A DNA stretch of 64,000 nt from Antedon mediterranea. Its lineage: Eukaryota; Animalia; Echinodermata. The translations under genes and the position numbers were made by a program. A model generated the notes under the pieces. It saw only the letters and a program-made list of their open reading frames with translations, was not told where the DNA came from and made no database searches. The stretch is from assembly GCF_964355755.1 (NCBI RefSeq), contig NC_092674.1, positions 9,982,001-10,046,000 of the forward strand. Direction: 5' to 3'. Shown one piece after another: positions 58,555-64,000 of this stretch (the first letter of the stretch is position 1; the number at the start of each line of letters is the position of its first letter).

Positions 58555-60480
58555 TCCAATTTAAGCCGCTTAGGACACTTACTCAGAAAAGTACCAAGTA
58601 TAGTACCATCAATGTCACTGATACAATTACCACAAATAGAAAGTTCTTGTAGTGTTAACTCATTTACTCCATACACTTTCATCATTTCATTCATTACGTC
58701 ACCTGATATGTTGCAACTGGTCATGCTAAGTTTAAGCAGCTTAGGACACTTACTCAGAAAAGTACCAAGTAAATTACCATTAATGTCACCGAAACAATTA
58801 CCCGCAATATAAAGTACTTGTAGTGCTAACTCAGCTTTTCCATACACTCTCATTATTTCATTCATTACGTCACCTGATATGTTGCAACTGCTCATGTAAA
58901 GTTTAAGCAGCTTAGGACACTTACTCAGAAAAGTACCAAGTAAAGTACCATCAATGTCACTGATACAATTACCCCTAATAGAAAGTTCTTGTAGTGTTAA
59001 CTCATTTACTCCATACAGTTTCATCATTTCATTCATTACGTCACCTGATATGTTGCAACTGTTCATGTCAAGTTTAAGCAGCTTAGGACACTTACTCAGA
59101 AAAGTACCAAGTAAAGTACCATCAATGTCACTGATACAATTACCACTAATAGAAAGTTCTTGTAGTGCTAACTCATTTACTCCATACAGTTTCATCATTT
59201 CATTCATTACTTCACCTGATATGTTGCAACTCCTCATGTAAAGTTTAAGCAGCTTAGGACACTTACTCAGAAAAGTACCAAGTAAAGTACCATCAATGTC
59301 ACCGATACAATTACCCCTAATAAAAAGTTCTTGTAGTGTTAACTCATTTACTCCATACACTTTCATCATTTCTTTCATTACGTCACCTGATATGTTGCAA
59401 CTGTTCATGCCAAGTTTAAGCAGCTTAGGACACTTACTCAGAAAAGTACCAAGTAAAGTACCATCAATGTCACTGATACAATTACCCCAAATAGAAAGTT
59501 CTTGTAGTGCTAACTCATTTACTCCATACACTCTCATCATTTCATTCATTACGACACCTGATATGTTGCAACTGTTCATGTAAAGTTTAAGCAGCTTAGG
59601 ACACCTACTCAGAAAAGTACCAAGTAAAGTACCATCAATGTCACTGATACAATTACCCCAAATAGAAAGTTCTTGTAGTGTTAACTCATTTACTCCATAC
59701 AGTTTCATCATTTCATTCATTACGTCACCTGATATGTTGCAACTGTCCATGTCAAGTTTAATCAGCTTAGGGCACTTACTCAGAAATGTACCAAGTAAAG
59801 TACCATCAATGTCACTGATACAATTACCCAAAATAGAAAGTTCTTGTAGTGCTAACTCAGCTTTTCCATACACTTTCATCATTTCATTCATTACGTCACC
59901 TGATATGTTGCAACTGTTCATGTCAAGTTCAAGCAGCTTAGGGCACTTACTCAGAAAAGTACCAAGTAAAGTACCATCAATGTCACTGATACAATTACCA
60001 CGAATAAAAAGTTCTTGTAGTGTTAACTCATTTACTCCATACACTCTCATTATTTTATTCATTACGTCACCTGATATGTTGCAACTGTTCATGTAAAGTT
60101 TAAGCAGCTTAGGACACTTACTCAGAAAATTACCAAGTAAAGTACCATCAATGTCACTGATACAATTACCCCTAATAGAAAGTTCTTGTAGTGTTAACTC
60201 ATTTACTCCATACACTTTCATCATTTCATTCATTACGTCACCTGATATGTTGCAACTGTTCATGTCAAGTTTAAGCAGCTTAGGGCACTTACTCAGAAAT
60301 GTACCAAGTAAAGTACCATTAATGTCACCGAAACAATTACCCGCAATATAAAGTACTTGTAGTGCTAACTCAGCTTTTCCATACACTCTCATTATTTCAT
60401 TCATTACGTCACCTGATATGTTGCAATTAATCATAGAAAGTACAACCAATTTAGGAAACGTATTCAAGAAAGTACCCAGT
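58430..60480 (-). repeat. Coding 171-bp tandem repeat (57-aa double LRR unit), about 12 units
   Basis: Period of 171 bp is visible directly in the DNA. Each unit is a pair of 28/29-residue ribonuclease-inhibitor-type LRRs. Confidence 0.95.
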
Positions 60481-62419
60481 GAAGTACCATCAATGTCCCC
60501 AAGATCATTATCATTGATACTGAGTACAACTAAATTTGGTATAGCTCCTTCATTACACTCATTTATATCATGTATAACTTTTCCGGATAGATTACACTCA
60601 TTCATCTCAAATGAAAGATAAACAACCGATATCATCATTAACCAATGTAGTAAAGAGGCATCAATATTTCTGAGATTATTATTACTTATGTTGAAACTGA
60701 GTAAGGCCATAGTACCACCTATTTTTTTTAACTCTCTAATCATATCATTCATTTCTTCACCTGATAGATTGCAATTACCTAAATCAAGGTGAATGGCCAA
60801 AAGGTATACAATGTGTGCAAGAATGTTTCCTTTACCATCAGGTGATAATGTTTTACAAAAGGTACTAAAATCAAATCCATTAAGAATCAAGCTATGAACT
60901 TGCCACAGAAGGTCTATAAAATGCTCCCCCTCAACTGAATTTGAATTATTGTACTTAATTAACATCTTTAATGACTTTGATATATCATTGTGTTGGTCTA
61001 GGTTTTTGCTGACCATGTGCGTTTTTAAGGCACTGGTCACAGTATCACGATGTTGATTTTTAACACATTTGAAGTAAACATTTATGAAAGTACGATAGAT
61101 TGATAAATTGTTTGAAAGCCAATGCTTTAAGAATTTACCTGCATCAGCACCAAAAAATCCAACAGCATGCATATTTGCTCCTGTTAAAAATTGTCCTGTT
61201 ATTGCCGTCGATTCGTTCGTGCCTTCTCTTTCACAAAGTTTGTATAGATAAAATCCTGCTAATGCTTCTTGTATCAAGATGTGTGTAGGCATGTATACCT
61301 CAATTTTTGAATCAGACCTTGAACCTGATGCTTGTTCATCAACAAATCCTAGTTTAATTGCCAAGTTAACTAGACTTTTATCTTCGTTAGCTTCCAAATC
61401 TTTTTTGTTAATTGAAAATTGATTTTTTTTCAAGCTTTTATACATACACTTTCCTAAGAAAGTCATAGCATTTACATATTTTTCTGGGATGTCTTCAAAT
61501 TTCAAAAATGGTTTGTCTCCTGTGTTATATTTTACACAGTAATGATTCAAAATACATCGAAAAAGTTCCTTGAAAAGATCAGCAAGATTAGAAGGAAGAC
61601 TTTGTTCTTTGTCTTCATAAATAATACAAATTGAAAGAAGTAGCATTGGCTTTTTGCATAATTCATACGCTAAAATGTTCTTGGTCTCTTTTATTTCTTG
61701 CTGAAGGTCATTCCCAAGTTTAGGCTTATTAAATATTTGGAAATAATTGTCAATGTACTTTTCGATACTATCTTGATTAAATCCTTCAACTTTCACGTGT
61801 ATATCACACATTCTTATAAACTCATCTATGTTTTCTGACCGTGAAGTGAGTAGCACAGCGCTCTTTTCTAATGTGGTTTTCTTAAAAAGACTTATCAAGC
61901 TTTTATTCCTAAAGCGTACTTCATCTAACCCATCTAATAATAATACAATTTTATTGTCATGATTGTTAATAAATCTCTTTATTAACATTGTATCTCCTGG
62001 GAGATATGTTTTGAAATTGAAATCTTCTTTATCCAGTTGTTTTTCAATCAGATCATAGATACTCTTGCCTTCTTCTAAATCTCTTAACTCCAATAAAAAA
62101 ACAATTTTACCTTCAAACGCCATTGGTTTGCTAATGGTTGTGCTGTATGCTAAATACTTTAATAGAGTTGTTTTACCAATACCAGCCTCACCAGAAATAA
62201 GAACTCTACATCCAGCTGTGGATTTGATATTATCTAATAATTCTGGTAATGTTGTTGGATGACTGTTCTTCCTCTGATTATCTTCTATGACAAGGTTTAA
62301 TTCAGTGAAAATTTCAATATTTAAATATGATTGGCTATCCATTATCGATGGCGTAAATCGTTCATTATTTGTATGGCACAATCTTTGTTGTCTATCACGC
62401 AGGTAGTTTTCTATTATTT
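58551..62419 (-). CDS. NLR-family (NACHT-LRR) innate immune receptor, large exon; N-terminal effector domain not seen in the window
   Basis: Walker A GEAGIGKTT, Walker B VLLLDGLDE, sensor-1 LLTSR and winged-helix THILIQEALAG, followed by RI-type LRRs. The frame stays open back to a ttttacag acceptor at 62420-62421, so the ORF-track start at 62381 (TTG) is not the real start. Confidence 0.92.
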
Positions 62420-63049
62420 CTGTAAAATAAGCAAAATAATTCGATCAACCAATATCATTTATAAAAAGCCTTTTTTTGGACATAATATGATATGTATACT
62501 CTAAAAAGACTAACAGGAAGTTGACCAAATATAACTGTAAATATGGACATCTGTTTAAACAATGATGATAATCAAGAACCCCTGTGCGTAATGTTTGTTT
62601 AGCAACCATTCACAGAATATCGTTTGGGAGGAAGGAATTACTTTTCTTTGATGATACAAAGCCTCCCGGATCAATTGCACATGTATAACTATGCCTACGG
62701 TTCATTATAAACAAAGAGAAAAAAATACCCTAATACGCAAAAATACATATGTTCAATTTTAGATAATAATTTATTTAAAATTCATAAATACCAATGCCAT
62801 AAACTTATGTTTAACCAATATACCAAATGAATTCTATATTTAACACTTTTACTCTCAGTACCGGTACTATCCACATGGCGTTATTTTATGCAATATGATA
62901 TAGATAAATTCACATTTGTATCACATGTATCTCCAATATTATAAAAGCTTAGATTACTATTTGGTTAATACTAAAAGGGTCGATAAACGGATGTAAAAGA
63001 TGTTGCATCACACATTTGACACTATACTAGACAAATTGTAGATACCACT

Positions 63050-63485
63050 GATCTGATTGATTGATTGATTTATTATGGAGAAATACGATACATATACACT
63101 TATTTCTCATGATAGTAGCCTACTGAGAATCTGGATGTTCAGAGTTGGTTGATAGATGCAGGTGTAAGTTGATCAGTCTATTTCGTGCCTGCTTACCTGG
63201 ATAAACCGTCAATATAGCCTCTCTCTCCGAAGAGAGGATACAATTTACGAAAAAGAAAAATCCGTATATATAACATAGCACCCCTATCGGATAATGCACG
63301 CATCCGTAACCACGCCCTCAAGAGGGAGCCATCCAACGTAGTAGCGTCAACATTTCTTTTCGTACTGCCATTGTGTTCATACGTGATACAAAGAACCCGA
63401 TAGAATTCCAGGAATTCAGAGAATACAAGCCGAAGCTAAGTTCCTTTGTTCAGTCAATATAGTGATTAGACAGGCTTAGTCATTC
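63050..63485 (-). mobile_element. Probable 3' UTR and tail of a non-LTR retroelement
   Basis: The minus strand ends AATAAA(TCAA)3 at ~63075-63055 and contains hairpins CTCTC-TTCG-GAGAG and CCCTC-TT-GAGGG. Confidence 0.5.
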
Positions 63486-63487
63486 CT

Positions 63488-64000
63488 GTTAAGCAACTTG
63501 TTGCTCAGAAAATCACAGAAAAACGTGTTAGCAAATCTATTGAAATTGCAAACAAAGGTGGTAAATCTTGTAAAGACTTTTGGAAAGTGCTAAAAGGCAA
63601 TACAAATAACAGTAAAAATATTCAATGTATTAAATCAAGAGACTCTGGTGAAAACATTGTCGAAAAAGGGAAAATGAATGAGGTTGTAAAAGATTACTGG
63701 GAAAATCTTGGCAAAGCCAATATGAATCTTAATGATTGCGGTACTTACCTTACAAGTCGTTTTGTTAATAATATTAGAAATCAAACAAAAACAAATTGTA
63801 CATATGATAAAGATGTTGACGAAAATTGTTTGTATGATGTTAAGATAGATTATGATATTGTAAAAGAGGCTATACTAATGGCAAAGAATAATAAGTCACC
63901 AGGTCTAGATAATATAACAAATGAATTAATTAAGAATGGTGGCAACAAATTAATCAGATCTATATTAGACCTATTTTTACAAATTTTAAAACTAGAACAA
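63488..64000 (+). mobile_element. LINE ORF2 fragment (region leading into the reverse transcriptase), running off the window
   Basis: Stop-free frame ...CKDFWKVLKG...VVKDYWENL...IVKEAILMAKNNKSPGLDNITNELIKNGGNKLIRSILDLFLQIL. KSPGxDxI is the conserved motif before non-LTR RT domains. Confidence 0.88.

Noticed and set aside
58612-60621. Plus-strand ORFs MSLIQLP... repeated across the LRR region
   Set aside because: Antisense shadows of the 171-bp coding repeat.

Overview
AT-rich, intron-rich animal DNA, probably a marine invertebrate. An echinoderm is my guess, not shown. (1) 1-21.5 kb holds two convergent housekeeping genes: the 3' part of a POSH/SH3RF1-3-type gene (+, 8 exons in the window, SH3 domains 2-4) and a complete 7-coding-exon COQ2 (-). 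Their introns and UTRs carry LINE fragments, MITEs, a tRNA-derived SINE and a Helentron-type element. (2) 21.7-54.8 kb is almost entirely four adjacent inverted-repeat transposons, each with a target-site duplication. Two are giant non-coding foldback elements whose arms are satellite arrays. One is 18.0 kb (23012-41026, 9-bp TSD ACTTGGTGG, ~193-bp monomer, ~52 forward plus ~40 inverted copies). The other is 12.7 kb (42165-54825, ~182-bp monomer, ~66 forward plus ~1.4 inverted copies). (3) 55-64 kb holds two minisatellites, a NACHT-LRR (NLR) gene (-) and a LINE ORF2 fragment at the window edge. The NLR has near-identical 171-bp LRR units with hypervariable codons at the exposed beta-strand positions and a frameshifted 3' end. 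All coordinates and copy numbers were read by eye; no searches were run.
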